DNA of 64,000 nt. Source: Phormidesmis sp. Its GTDB lineage: Bacteria; Cyanobacteriota; Cyanobacteriia; Leptolyngbyales; Leptolyngbyaceae. The position numbers were made by a program, and so were the translations under genes. Shown piece by piece: positions 19,674 through 29,914 of this stretch. The notes under the pieces were generated by a model. That model saw nothing but the letters and a program-made list of their open reading frames with translations. It made no database searches and was not told where the DNA came from. The DNA lies in NCBI GenBank assembly GCA_965248535.1, contig CBDFJR010000005.1, positions 800,001-864,000 on the forward strand. The letters are read 5' to 3'. Position 1 is the first letter of the stretch. The number at the start of each line of letters is the position of its first letter.

Positions 19674-20804
19674 CTAAAAATCTACGCCACGCTTCAGATC
19701 GATGCCCTTCTCAGCGTAGTGTTTGTGACAAATCATCTCAGAGTGCACCGTGGCCAAGTCAAAGTAGGCGAGAGGATTTTTACACCGCCCGGTGATGATG
19801 ATTTCGGTATCACGAGGTTTGCGAAGCAGGGCCTGCACGATCGGTTCTTCAGGCAGCAGTTCCAAATCCACCGTCGGATTTAGCTCGTCTAGAATGATGG
19901 TCTTGTAAAGCCCCGACGCGATCGCCGCCCGGGCAATTTCCCAAGCTCGTTCTGCCTCGACATAATCGAGTTCTTGCTGCTGACCGCGCCAGACGATCGC
20001 ATCGCGCCCCGATCGCTGGTGATCGACCAAGTTTGGATAAATTTGACGCAGCGCCGCGATCGCCGCATCTTCGGTGTAGCCCGCCCCACCTTTGAGCCAC
20101 TGCATAATCAGCACCCGGTGAGATTTGTCTTGCCCAATGCCCTTGCCGATCGCTTGCAGAGCTTTTCCCAAAGCGCTCGTAGACTTTCCCTTGCCTGACC
20201 CAGCATAGATTTCGATCCCGGCGATGCCCTGCTTGGCCATCGGGTGATAGAGCGGTCGCATCTCTGAATGCAGGTCAGCAATATCAACCAATTTTTGCGG
20301 TGCGCCGCGACCTGTGGCGATGATCTCCATCGGTTCGGGCTTGCGTTTGAGAGTGCTGATCACATCGTCGATCGGCAGCAGCCCCAAATCCAAAACCGGA
20401 TTCAGTTCATCCATGACCACGACGGAATAAAGACCGGACGCGATCGCGCCTTTGGCCACATCCCACCCGCGTTGAGCTTCTTGACGATCGAACTTGGTAA
20501 TCTCGTCTGCCCCAAAATAGTCGGCTCTGCCCGTCCGAACTTGGTCAATCAGATGGGGAAACCCACGCTGAAGAGCTTGAATAGCCGCATCTTCGTCATA
20601 GGTGCGCCCCGGCCCCTTTAAGAACCGCAGCAGCAAGACGCGAGTTTGAGAAAAATTGTGAATGCCCAAACCAATCGATCGCAACACTACACCCAGCGCC
20701 GCCTGAGACTTTCCCTTTCCGGCACCGTCATAAACGTGAATCTGCCCGATCATCCGCTCCGATCGCGCTTGAGCCGTCCGAATGCCAATGCCCGTTCTGG
20801 TCAT
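19674..20804 (-). CDS. cobO: Cob(I)yrinic acid a,c-diamide adenosyltransferase, tandem two-domain form
   Basis: Two P-loops (VYDGAGKGKS, IYAGSGKGKST) and two DELN motifs; C-terminal RGVDF. Confidence 0.9.
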   Translation of the reverse strand: MTRTGIGIRTAQARSERMIGQIHVYDGAGKGKSQAALGVVLRSIGLGIHNFSQTRVLLLRFLKGPGRTYDEDAAIQALQRGFPHLIDQVRTGRADYFGADEITKFDRQEAQRGWDVAKGAIASGLYSVVVMDELNPVLDLGLLPIDDVISTLKRKPEPMEIIATGRGAPQKLVDIADLHSEMRPLYHPMAKQGIAGIEIYAGSGKGKSTSALGKALQAIGKGIGQDKSHRVLIMQWLKGGAGYTEDAAIAALRQIYPNLVDHQRSGRDAIVWRGQQQELDYVEAERAWEIARAAIASGLYKTIILDELNPTVDLELLPEEPIVQALLRKPRDTEIIITGRCKNPLAYFDLATVHSEMICHKHYAEKGIDLKRGVDF

Positions 20805-21114
20805 AGCCTTTTGTTTCCCTCGTGCAGCTTTGGTGTAGCGACGTTGACCCTGACCAGATTAGCAGGTAAACGCTCAATCGACGCTACATATAGCGGTCAA
20901 ATACAAGCTAGAAAAATGATCGGTTACGTCTTGATCCCTGCGTAGAATTCGCTATCATTTGAGAAGCTAGAAAAAATGATCAAGCTAACGGTTGGTTTTC
21001 CGGTTGCATCCTGTTAATATTTGATCAGGTTTTCGTGAAGTTTTGATTTTGTCTAGGTTCGTCTTAGACAGAGCAGTAAACAGTCCAAGCGATATTCAAG
21101 GAGCCGTCTGTTCA

Positions 21115-21252
21115 ATGGATTACATTGAAAAGGTGCTGGAAAAGCTGAAAGAGTGGACTCGCAGACTCATCGAAGCTCTGCTAGGGCCAGACGTTCAACC
21201 CGAAGCGGAGCCGATCCCCGTGCCTGTGAATGACCCGCAGCGCCGCCGCTAA
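21115..21252 (+). CDS. Small 45-aa protein (amphipathic helix plus PIPVPV tail)
   Basis: ATG downstream of [51 protein letters not shown]. Confidence 0.65.
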   Translation: MDYIEKVLEKLKEWTRRLIEALLGPDVQPEAEPIPVPVNDPQRRR

Positions 21253-21275
21253 CCCGTTGTTTCAATTTAACCTGT

Positions 21276-21716
21276 TTGCAAAGCATTTTGGTTCTCCACG
21301 GGCCTAACCTCAATCTTCTGGGTAAACGAGAGCCTGGGATTTATGGGGCCGTCACGCTGGACGAAATAAATCAGATGTTGGAGCGAGAGGCTCAGATTTT
21401 GCAGGTTGTCACGATTGCCCTGCAATCCAATCACGAGGGTGATCTAGTAGATGCCATTCATCTGGCTCAAGATCAGCATCAAGGCATTTTGATCAACGCT
21501 GGGGCTTATACTCACACAAGTGTGGCCATTCGGGACGCGATCGCAGCCGTCAATCTCCCAACAGTCGAGGTGCATCTCAGCAATATTTATCGGCGCGAAG
21601 CCTTTCGTCATCATTCCTATATCGCGGCGGTGGCGATCGGGCAGATTAGCGGGTTTGGGGCTGAGAGCTACCGATTAGGGTTGCAGGCTCTGGTCAGTCA
21701 TCTCAGCCCGCTTTAG
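21276..21716 (+). CDS. aroQ: Type II 3-dehydroquinate dehydratase
   Basis: [32 protein letters not shown] and EVHLSNI motifs. Confidence 0.97.
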   Translation: MQSILVLHGPNLNLLGKREPGIYGAVTLDEINQMLEREAQILQVVTIALQSNHEGDLVDAIHLAQDQHQGILINAGAYTHTSVAIRDAIAAVNLPTVEVHLSNIYRREAFRHHSYIAAVAIGQISGFGAESYRLGLQALVSHLSPL

Positions 21717-21768
21717 GCATGTTTAAAGCAAAAGCTCTCTAGAGGCGTTGAGTTCAGCGTCTTTTTTA

Positions 21769-22161
21769 ATGGAATCCACCGTTTATTTAGCCGTCAACGG
21801 CACGTTAATGCGAGGGTTAGAGCTAAACAGAAACCTGGTTTCAGTCGGAGCAACTTTTGTGCGAGAAGCCACGACTGAACCCGCTTATCGGCTTTGGTCG
21901 ATCGCCGATCGTCACCCCGCCATGCTGAAAGTTACGGAAGGCGGAGTCGCGATCGCCGTTGAAGTCTGGGCAGTGCCTGCATCGGGAGTCAGCACTTTAT
22001 TGAGGCTAGAGCCTGCGGGATTGTGTATTGGCAAGGTGCGACTATCAGACGGAGAAGAGGTTTTGGGCGTGCTGGGAGAACCCTTTCTCTGTGAAGGACA
22101 GCCAGAAATCACCCAGTTTGGCGGGTGGCGATCATACCTTCGTGACGCGGCAAAAGCTTAA
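21769..22161 (+). CDS. Stand-alone allophanate hydrolase C-terminal-like (GGCT-fold) protein
   Basis: LAVNGTLMRGLELN, IAVEVW, GLCIGKVRLSDG and ITQFGGWRSY segments. Confidence 0.75.
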   Translation: MESTVYLAVNGTLMRGLELNRNLVSVGATFVREATTEPAYRLWSIADRHPAMLKVTEGGVAIAVEVWAVPASGVSTLLRLEPAGLCIGKVRLSDGEEVLGVLGEPFLCEGQPEITQFGGWRSYLRDAAKA

Positions 22162-22232
22162 AAATTAAAGGAATTTAACTTCAAACCGACGATTCGCTTC
22201 TACGTTAACTAATCAGAGCTTGCGGAGTTGCC

Positions 22233-22418
22233 ATGACCGAGCCAAGAGACTTGACCGAATCTGTCGAGAGCATCGCTGCGCTAATCGGGTTGCCGATCAA
22301 TCCGGCTGATCGTCTGGGAGTGGTGGCAAACCTTGAGCGAATTCACACGATCGCCCAACTCGTCATAGAGTTTCCTCTGCCTGAAGAGATTGAAGCCGCC
22401 CCGGTATTTGAACCATGA
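22233..22418 (+). CDS. DUF4089/AtzG-like small amidase accessory subunit
   Basis: 61 aa ending EAAPVFEP; ATGA overlap with the amidase gene. Confidence 0.8.
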   Translation: MTEPRDLTESVESIAALIGLPINPADRLGVVANLERIHTIAQLVIEFPLPEEIEAAPVFEP

Positions 22419-23803
22419 GTCCCTCTTTCCCCGATGCCCTTCAGATTGCCGCCACCATCCGGCAACAAGACGTGTCTGCGCGATCGGTGGTGGCCGATGC
22501 TCTTGCCCGCATTGCAAAACACGATCAGCGCTACAACTGTTTTACAACAGTTCTGGCTGAGTCAGCGCTGGCAGATGCTGATCGGATCGATCACGCGATC
22601 GCAGCAGGTCAAGAACCGGGGACTCTGGCAGGGGTGCCGTTTGCGGTCAAAGATTTGTTTGATATTCAAGGGGTGACCACCTTAGCAGGGTCTAAAATCA
22701 ACGCCACAAACCCCCCTGCGAGCCAAGACGCAACTCTGGTAATGCGCCTCAAACAAGCTGGGGCCGTGCTGGTGGGGGCCCTGAATATGGATGAATATGC
22801 CTACGGGTTCACTACTGAAAATGCTCACTATGGGGCATCGCGCAACCCTCACGATATCAGTCGCACAGCAGGCGGATCGTCAGGTGGCTCGGCGGCCGCG
22901 ATCGCCGCTGGCCTAGTGCCGATTACCTTGGGGTCTGATACCAACGGCTCGATCCGGGTGCCGTCTGCTCTGTGTGGAATTTTTGGTCTCAAGCCGACCT
23001 ATGGACGGCTATCGCGATCGGGCGCTCATTTGTTCTCAAGCAGTCTGGATCATGTGGGTGGATTTGCCCGATCGACTCGCGACATTGCCACCCTTTTTGA
23101 TCTGCTGCAAGGCTCTGATCCCACTGATCCCGTTTGCACTCAGCGTCCGCCTCAGCTTTGCACCCCAGACCTTTATAAAGGATCGGAGGGACTGCGGATC
23201 GCGATCGCCGATGGCTATTTTGCAGAAGGGGCCGAACCCGACGTGTTTGCAGCAGTCGAACAGATCGCCAAAGCGTTGGGCGCAAGTCAACGAGTCACGA
23301 TTCCCGAAGCCCACCGTGCTCGTGCGGCAGCGTTTGTGATCACCTCCTGCGAGGGGGCAAATTTGCATTTTGCAGATCTAAAGACGCGACCTCAAGATTT
23401 TGACCCGGCAACCCGCGATCGCTTCTTAGCAGGCTGTCTCATTCCGGGTCACTGGTATGTGCAGGCACAGCGATTTCGACGGTGGTATCGCGATCGGGTT
23501 CGTGAAATCTTTCAACACGTCGATATCATTCTGGCTCCGACTACGCCCTGCTCTGCGCCACTAATTGGTCAAGAATATATGACTTTAAACGGAGTCGAAG
23601 TCCTGGTTCGTCCAAACTTGGGCATGTTTACTCAGCCGCTTTCATTGATTGGCTTGCCGATTATTTCGGTGCCCGTCCAGCGATCGGGTCAATTGCCGCT
23701 AGGAGTGCAAATTATCGCCGCTCCCTATCAAGAAGCTCTCATTTTAAGAGTCGCTTCCGAACTGGAGAGCCGTGGCATTGTATCGGCTCCTGTGCCGGAC
23801 TAA
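22415..23803 (+). CDS. AtzE-family amidohydrolase (amidase signature)
   Basis: AVKDLFD, GGSSGGS, GSDTNGSIRVP and DFDPATRDRFLAG motifs. Confidence 0.88.
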   Translation: MSPSFPDALQIAATIRQQDVSARSVVADALARIAKHDQRYNCFTTVLAESALADADRIDHAIAAGQEPGTLAGVPFAVKDLFDIQGVTTLAGSKINATNPPASQDATLVMRLKQAGAVLVGALNMDEYAYGFTTENAHYGASRNPHDISRTAGGSSGGSAAAIAAGLVPITLGSDTNGSIRVPSALCGIFGLKPTYGRLSRSGAHLFSSSLDHVGGFARSTRDIATLFDLLQGSDPTDPVCTQRPPQLCTPDLYKGSEGLRIAIADGYFAEGAEPDVFAAVEQIAKALGASQRVTIPEAHRARAAAFVITSCEGANLHFADLKTRPQDFDPATRDRFLAGCLIPGHWYVQAQRFRRWYRDRVREIFQHVDIILAPTTPCSAPLIGQEYMTLNGVEVLVRPNLGMFTQPLSLIGLPIISVPVQRSGQLPLGVQIIAAPYQEALILRVASELESRGIVSAPVPD

Positions 23804-23836
23804 AAATTCACGTTCCTCTATCTCTATAAGGTTGCT

Positions 23837-24811
23837 ATGAAGAAATCAGTATGGGTCGGTTCTCTGCTGCTAATGCTCTCTGCCGGGTTGAGCCTAAAGC
23901 CGATCGTAGCTCCTGCGATCGCCAAGCAGGTAGTCACCCAGCCGACCCCCTCGACCGCCCCAGCGTCTCACTCTAAGGTCGAGCTAGTGACCCCAGGCGC
24001 GCAGCCTCGTCAAGTTCTGCGCTTTAAGCCAGCCGTGAACACGATCGAAACCACTACTATCACCTTGAATACGGCGATGGAACTGTCGGTTTCAGGGCTG
24101 CCGAATGGGCCAAAATCAACCAACCTGCCCTCAACCCTGATAAAGATGGAAACCGTGGTGACTCAAATCGACCCCAACGGAGATGTTCACTATAAGTTTC
24201 GCTACACCGATGCCGACATGAAAGGCGATGCCTCAATTCCGCCGGGGGTGGTTAACACAGCGCGCACTCAAATCAAGAAAATAGTTGGCTTGAGCGGCTC
24301 TTTGGTCATGGACGATCGGGGAAACACCAAAAAGACCACCCTGAGCATTCCTAAAGGGGTCGATGCCATGACTCGCCAAATGCTAGAGCAGTCCTTCCGA
24401 TCGCTAGAGCAGCTTTCTGCCCCTCTGCCTGAAGGAGCGATCGGGGTAGGCGCACAGTGGAGGGCGCTGGTGCCTGTCAAGATCTATGGAATCATGCTCA
24501 ATCAGACAGAAACCTATGAGCTAGTGAGCCTGAAAGATGGCATTGCCACCCTAAAGGTGGGCGTTGAACAGCAGGCCCAGAGCCAAAAGCTGACGTTTCC
24601 AGGGATGCCAAAAGGGGCAACGGCGACTCTAAAATCTCTCAACACGACCGGGCAGGGAGAGATCAAGGTGCGGTTCGATCGCTTGCTGCCACCCATTGCT
24701 ACGCTTTCGATGACCTCGGCGGCTGAGATGCAAACGACTAATCCTAGAACATCTGAACTGGTGACGATCGCCACCAAAACCCAGCTAGACATGAAGTTGC
24801 AGTCTAAATAG
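23837..24811 (+). CDS. Secreted beta-rich protein (DUF6263-like)
   Basis: Signal peptide; PLPEGAIGVGAQW motif. Confidence 0.6.
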   Translation: MKKSVWVGSLLLMLSAGLSLKPIVAPAIAKQVVTQPTPSTAPASHSKVELVTPGAQPRQVLRFKPAVNTIETTTITLNTAMELSVSGLPNGPKSTNLPSTLIKMETVVTQIDPNGDVHYKFRYTDADMKGDASIPPGVVNTARTQIKKIVGLSGSLVMDDRGNTKKTTLSIPKGVDAMTRQMLEQSFRSLEQLSAPLPEGAIGVGAQWRALVPVKIYGIMLNQTETYELVSLKDGIATLKVGVEQQAQSQKLTFPGMPKGATATLKSLNTTGQGEIKVRFDRLLPPIATLSMTSAAEMQTTNPRTSELVTIATKTQLDMKLQSK

Positions 24812-24812
24812 C

Positions 24813-25637
24813 TTAATTGCCTGGCCCGATGCGATTGAGCAGTTTGCGAATTGTGTCGCGATCGTCGGCAGTTGGCACGGCTTCTAGATAGGCTTCGAGA
24901 TCTTGACGCGCCTCAATCCAGCGATGAGTCCGAAAGTAGAGAATGCCGCGATCGCGCAACTCAAACGCCGCATTGGGAAACAGCAGCAAAATGCGCTCGA
25001 TCGCGGTTAAAACTTTTTCCAACTCGCCGCGATTGAGATAGATTGCTTTTAAATTCGTTAACATTCTGGCTAAAAACTGTCGAGGGGTGACGGCCGCTAA
25101 AAATTGGGACTGCATCTCAACCGATTGACCAGACAGTTGATTGAGTCGATCTTGACAATCTTGAGGAAACAGAATCTCGCCCTTGTCAAACGCATCTACA
25201 AAAATCTCCATGTCTGCTTGAATCGGACGAATCAAAAAGTGTCCGGGCATCCCAACTCCTACCATCGGAAAGTCTAACCGTTGCGCGATCGCTAAATAGA
25301 CCAGCGATAGCGTGATCGGAATTCCAGTCCGCCGATCAATCACATCATTCAAAAAACTATTGCGAGGGTCATAATAATCTTCAGTGTTTCCAGAAAATCC
25401 TAAATTCTCATACAAATAGTGATTAATAGTTTTAAGAATCTTTAAGGGATAAGACTCGATCGGCAGTTGGTCTCTAATCTCATCTGCGATCGTATCCAAC
25501 GCATTTAGATAGTCATCGACCTCTAAATCTGGATACTCTTCTTGAGCTATATAAAGGGCTGCTTTCTCTAAACTGATTTGCTCATCGGGTTGTCGAACTT
25601 CTTGATAAAAATGCTGTCTAGCTAACGAAAAATCCAT
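24813..25637 (-). CDS. SirB1-family transglutaminase-like/TPR protein
   Basis: YYDPRNSFLNDVIDRRTGIPITL and GMPGHF motifs; TPR C-terminus. Confidence 0.88.
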   Translation of the reverse strand: MDFSLARQHFYQEVRQPDEQISLEKAALYIAQEEYPDLEVDDYLNALDTIADEIRDQLPIESYPLKILKTINHYLYENLGFSGNTEDYYDPRNSFLNDVIDRRTGIPITLSLVYLAIAQRLDFPMVGVGMPGHFLIRPIQADMEIFVDAFDKGEILFPQDCQDRLNQLSGQSVEMQSQFLAAVTPRQFLARMLTNLKAIYLNRGELEKVLTAIERILLLFPNAAFELRDRGILYFRTHRWIEARQDLEAYLEAVPTADDRDTIRKLLNRIGPGN

Positions 25638-25664
25638 AAATAATCACTCAGTTAAACTCAAACT

Positions 25665-27206
25665 TTACTGCCTATAATCTCCGCCCGAACCATATTTCCA
25701 GGACTGAATTTGACGATGCCAATAATACACTTGATGCGGGGATAAAGTCTCGATCAAAGGCTCTAATTTTTCCCCCAATGGATAGAGAGCCGAATAAAAA
25801 GCCAGATTAATCGCGTGTTTCAGCCAATCTAACAAGGTCAACACTCCGACTTGAGGAATGATTTTGAGCACGATCGCCGGGTGGCGCATCGCCGTGTTAA
25901 TCAAAGTTTGAAACAGGGGAATAAATTGCACCACATCCTGAAGGAAGGGTTTGAGAACCGGATCGCCAAGCTGCTGCATTTCTTGAAAGACAATCGAGAG
26001 TAGCTGATTAATTTGATCTGGCGCGATCGCTTGATCAACCTTGACGCTCATCGCTTTTTGAAACAGCCACGTCACAGCTAAATTAGGCTGATAGGGCTGC
26101 AAGGGTGCTAACCCTTTTCGACTCAAACTATCAGTTTTTAACGCTTCGTCAAGGCCCTGAGTCAATCGATTTAAGTGGCGCACCATTGCCCCAAAGCCCC
26201 CAAAGCTCAAGGGTGATTGGCTGCTGCTGCTGTCTCCGATCGGCAAAATGCGATCCCACTTTGGTTTGAGGGGACTGTCACGATAGCAGGGAAAAAATCC
26301 AAACAACGCCCGCTGAAAGTTTAGATCAGAAAGCTTGACGTTTTGATAGTCAGGCAGCAATCGTAAATACTCTTCAAATAGGGCTTCTAGGGTCAAGCGA
26401 TCGGGGTGAGCATCGACATAAGTAAACAGATAAGTTGTTCTGCCATCGCGGGCTGGAAAGGCTTCCCAAAAATATTGGCATTGCTGCTGCAATGGCGTGA
26501 ATGAAACCATCAAATCCCCAGAATTATGATCAGGAAATCCGGTGGCACAACTGCCCACGACCAAGCAGACAGCATCTGGTTTTTGCCCTTGTCTGGCTTG
26601 TCGCACCACAGGCGAAAAATAGCCCATCGCATCTAGCATCAGTCGCGCCGTAAATCTTCCTTGAATCGACACTCCATTGGGATGAATAGTTACCGCTTCA
26701 AACGGTGTTTTTTCATACAACAATCCCCCTGCGTTTAGAAACGTTTGTTTCAAGGTTTCTAATAGAAAAACGGGATTGATCCCCAGATTTAGCACATCTT
26801 CTACAAAGACATCAGAGCCACCCAGAAAGCTAACTCGAACCGGATTAAATTCGCTAGAAATTGCTTCTTCTAATTCTGCTTCAGTCAGCAATCCTAACTC
26901 AATAAACACCTGCAATTCTTGACGCGAAATATTCCATTCTTGCGATCGTCCCTGCAAGATTCCTCGCTCTAATAGGGCAACCCGCCAACCTTTTCGAGCT
27001 AGAGCCGCACCGATCAAAATTCCCAAGGTGCCGCCACAAATCACGACATCCCACTCTACGTTCTCTAATAAATCATCACTCTCATGAACGACCGTAGCAA
27101 CGGGCAATGTCTCGTCTCGCAGGGCTTTCCACAAGGCATCCGATCGCCGCAACCCGACCAGCCCATCACCCGGAATTTGCGAGAGAATTTGTTCAGTTAG
27201 CGTCAT
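25665..27206 (-). CDS. cruP: FAD-dependent oxidoreductase of the CruA/CruP lycopene cyclase family (CruP-like)
   Basis: CGGTLG, QEWNISR, YFWEAFP and QSPLSFGGFG motifs. Confidence 0.7.
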   Translation of the reverse strand: MTLTEQILSQIPGDGLVGLRRSDALWKALRDETLPVATVVHESDDLLENVEWDVVICGGTLGILIGAALARKGWRVALLERGILQGRSQEWNISRQELQVFIELGLLTEAELEEAISSEFNPVRVSFLGGSDVFVEDVLNLGINPVFLLETLKQTFLNAGGLLYEKTPFEAVTIHPNGVSIQGRFTARLMLDAMGYFSPVVRQARQGQKPDAVCLVVGSCATGFPDHNSGDLMVSFTPLQQQCQYFWEAFPARDGRTTYLFTYVDAHPDRLTLEALFEEYLRLLPDYQNVKLSDLNFQRALFGFFPCYRDSPLKPKWDRILPIGDSSSSQSPLSFGGFGAMVRHLNRLTQGLDEALKTDSLSRKGLAPLQPYQPNLAVTWLFQKAMSVKVDQAIAPDQINQLLSIVFQEMQQLGDPVLKPFLQDVVQFIPLFQTLINTAMRHPAIVLKIIPQVGVLTLLDWLKHAINLAFYSALYPLGEKLEPLIETLSPHQVYYWHRQIQSWKYGSGGDYRQ

Positions 27207-27286
27207 ATAACACCCCCAAATCAGTCTTAAGATATCGCGATCGCGCCTTGCCGATCAGCGTCGCCAGATCGCGCCAGCAAAGAAAT

Positions 27287-28423
27287 TTAACCGTCTGCGA
27301 TCCCCAGCGCGATCGCGGCGTTCTGTCCCCCAAACCCAAAACTTAGGCAAAGGCTAGCCTGAACTGGAGTCGATCGCGCCCTTCTCACAAAATCTAGATC
27401 AAACTCAGGTGATTTTAACCCGACACAGGGGGGCAATATCTGGCGCTGCAACGCCATCAAGCAAAAAGCCGCCCCTAGCGCTCCCGATGCCCCGATCGTG
27501 TGCCCCGTCGCTCCCTTAGTCGAACTCACAGGCACCCCAGATGGAAACAACTGCTGAATTAAGTGAGCTTCATGGCGATCGTTGAGTCGCGTCGAAGTGC
27601 CGTGGGCGTGAATATAGTCGATGTCTTGAGAGGCAAGGTGGCTGCGCTTTAGGCATTGCCGAACGGCAGCGATCGCCGCTTTGTTGGTTGGCTCTGGCGC
27701 ACTGACATGATGCCCGTCGGCGGTTAACCCAACGCCTAAAATTTGACCGTAGATTCTAGCGCCGCGATCGTGAGCTAGCGCCGCAGATTCGAGCACTAAA
27801 ACCGCTCCTCCCTCGCCCAAGACGAGGCCCTCACGATCGCTGTCAAACGGATAGCAGCCCGTCTTTGCTAAAGCGCCCATGCGCTCAAAGCCAATTAGCG
27901 TTAATGGTGTGATCGCGGCTTCGACGGCTCCGGCAATGACGCGCTGACACTGCCCCGATCGGATCAGTTCATAGCCTTGAGCGATCGCCCAAATTCCGGT
28001 AGAACAGGCTGCCATAGGCGAGAGCACCGGGGCACAGGTTTGCAGAAGACGAGCAGCAGCAATCGCCGCCGCATTGGGCAACGTCTTTAACCACCCACTT
28101 AAAAAAATTGACTCTTCTAAATAGGATTGTCGAGTTAATTTCTCCCACTCAGCCTGATTGCCTCGACTTGACCCCACCACCACCCCACACTCCACTAGCG
28201 GCAGATCAAGCCCCGCATCTTGAAGTGCGTCCAACACGATTTGTTGAGTAAGTGACTCTAGCTCCACAGGTTGGTGAGCAATGAAGGCGAGGGGTCTTGG
28301 CGCTAACTCTAAAAAGGGTTGGCTGAGACGAATGCCCGATCGTGCCTCAACCAACCCCTTCCAGCTAGCGTCTAAATTCCCCAAGGCTGAAGCCAGCCCG
28401 ATTCCAGTCACCACAACATCCAT
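27287..28423 (-). CDS. Beta-ketoacyl-ACP synthase (FabF-like paralogue)
   Basis: AACSTG (Cys), HAHGTST, KGATGHT and SFGFGGQN motifs; alternative TTG start at 28453. Confidence 0.88.
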   Translation of the reverse strand: MDVVVTGIGLASALGNLDASWKGLVEARSGIRLSQPFLELAPRPLAFIAHQPVELESLTQQIVLDALQDAGLDLPLVECGVVVGSSRGNQAEWEKLTRQSYLEESIFLSGWLKTLPNAAAIAAARLLQTCAPVLSPMAACSTGIWAIAQGYELIRSGQCQRVIAGAVEAAITPLTLIGFERMGALAKTGCYPFDSDREGLVLGEGGAVLVLESAALAHDRGARIYGQILGVGLTADGHHVSAPEPTNKAAIAAVRQCLKRSHLASQDIDYIHAHGTSTRLNDRHEAHLIQQLFPSGVPVSSTKGATGHTIGASGALGAAFCLMALQRQILPPCVGLKSPEFDLDFVRRARSTPVQASLCLSFGFGGQNAAIALGIADG

Positions 28424-28473
28424 ACCCAGATTCAGTTTTGAGATTTTAGTCAACGTCTCAAAACCAAGGGTGA

Positions 28474-29229
28474 TTAACCTTTTTTGAGGGTTTCGATGCC
28501 CTGGGTCACTTTGGCAGACTCAATGCGATCGCCCTGCTGAATCTTATCGACAACTTCCATGCCCTGAGTCACATAGCCAAACACGGCATAATCACCATCT
28601 AAAAATTGCAGGTCAGCCAGCGCAAAATAAAACTGCGAAGAGGCAGAATCAGGAAACGCCGATCGGGCCATCGCCACCGCGCCGCGAGTGTGCTTAAGCT
28701 TAGGATTTTTAGACTCCAAGGTTTTGCTATAGACAATGGCAGCGCTAGCTTTGTCAGGCTTGATCTCTAATGGAATGCTGCGAGGCTGATTCGTCGCCGG
28801 ATCGATGTAGCCCCCCGTTCCCAACTGCTCTAGCGGAAAGTTGGGATTTTTGCCCTGCGGGTCGCCGCCCTGCACGACAAACGGCTGCGGCTCTCGCACC
28901 ACCCGGTGAAACACCAGACCGTCATAGACTTTTTTATCAACTAAATCAACAAAATTACCAGCGGTGATCGGGGCATCAATGCCGTTGACCTCGATCGTGA
29001 TCGGGGCACCCTTCACCGTCATCACAACGGTTGCTTTGCCCTCTAAACGAGGCAGATTTGCTGCTTGAGGAGAAGAACTTGGAACAGCAGGCACCGCAGT
29101 CGTAGCAGAGGGAGATGCAGATGGGGAACTGGTGGGAGCAGAAGAACTTGCTTGCGGATTGCAGCCCACGATCGCGAAGATGGCGATCGCCAAAGTCGAT
29201 AAAAGCCAGTTTCGGATTTTTGTCTGCAT
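28474..29229 (-). CDS. Cyclophilin-type peptidyl-prolyl isomerase (lipoprotein)
   Basis: APITAGNF, FHRVV, VQGGDP, AMARS and SQFY motifs; IVGC lipobox. Confidence 0.93.
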   Translation of the reverse strand: MQTKIRNWLLSTLAIAIFAIVGCNPQASSSAPTSSPSASPSATTAVPAVPSSSPQAANLPRLEGKATVVMTVKGAPITIEVNGIDAPITAGNFVDLVDKKVYDGLVFHRVVREPQPFVVQGGDPQGKNPNFPLEQLGTGGYIDPATNQPRSIPLEIKPDKASAAIVYSKTLESKNPKLKHTRGAVAMARSAFPDSASSQFYFALADLQFLDGDYAVFGYVTQGMEVVDKIQQGDRIESAKVTQGIETLKKG

Positions 29230-29347
29230 TTTTAGTTACCCATTTCAACAAAGCCACCTAATATCTTATCGCTCAGGTGCCCAAATTTGAGAGGCCAACC
29301 CTCCAAGAGGCATCCCATCCAGTGACTTTTCTAGACCTCATTAATCA

Positions 29348-29914
29348 TTACAACCCCTCTAGAGGCACGCTCAAAAATCTAGCCAGTTCTGCGGCTTCGT
29401 TTTCTAGCTCAGACAGAGCCAGAGGTTGACCTACCCGCGTCAGCGGAATATCTCGCATTCCCTTGACTCGCAGATAGAGCGATCGTCGCGGGTTAACCCC
29501 TTCTCTGAGAATTGCTTTGACCGCTTGCACATCGCTCAACTGACCGTTTAACTCAATCTTGCGATTTTTGCCCGGAAACCCCCAGCGAAAAATCGCCAAC
29601 CGCCCCGTCTGCTTGTTGAACTCGTTGTAGCCGCCGCCTAAATCCCAGGCAATGCTCAACCATAGATAAGCAGCTAGCAGCAGCGCAGCCACGCCATAAA
29701 ACCCCATCACCAACCCCTGCGGCACAAAGATCAACTTAGTAGGGTCGGCAAACGGTAAGAAGTTGGTTTTGGTGTAACTAGAAATCGAGGCTAGCAAAAA
29801 CCCGGTTCCCCCGATCGAGACCACGATCGCCCACCAATAGTTACTAAACCGTCTCGACCCTAAAATCTGCTGGCGCAGAACGAGATCATTTGTAGAGGCT
29901 GTCTGTGCAGTCAT
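29348..29914 (-). CDS. ycf4: Photosystem I assembly protein Ycf4
   Basis: GSRRFSNYWWA, FVPQGLVMGFYG and FRWGFPGKNR motifs; ATG at 29914 preferred over the upstream TTG. Confidence 0.96.
   Translation of the reverse strand: MTAQTASTNDLVLRQQILGSRRFSNYWWAIVVSIGGTGFLLASISSYTKTNFLPFADPTKLIFVPQGLVMGFYGVAALLLAAYLWLSIAWDLGGGYNEFNKQTGRLAIFRWGFPGKNRKIELNGQLSDVQAVKAILREGVNPRRSLYLRVKGMRDIPLTRVGQPLALSELENEAAELARFLSVPLEGL

Noticed and set aside
19674..20804. Tandem-duplicated CobO as a novelty
   Set aside because: The two-domain form is common in cyanobacteria
20805..21000. Cobalamin riboswitch upstream of cobO
   Set aside because: No B12-box or GCCACTG/GGGAA consensus was found
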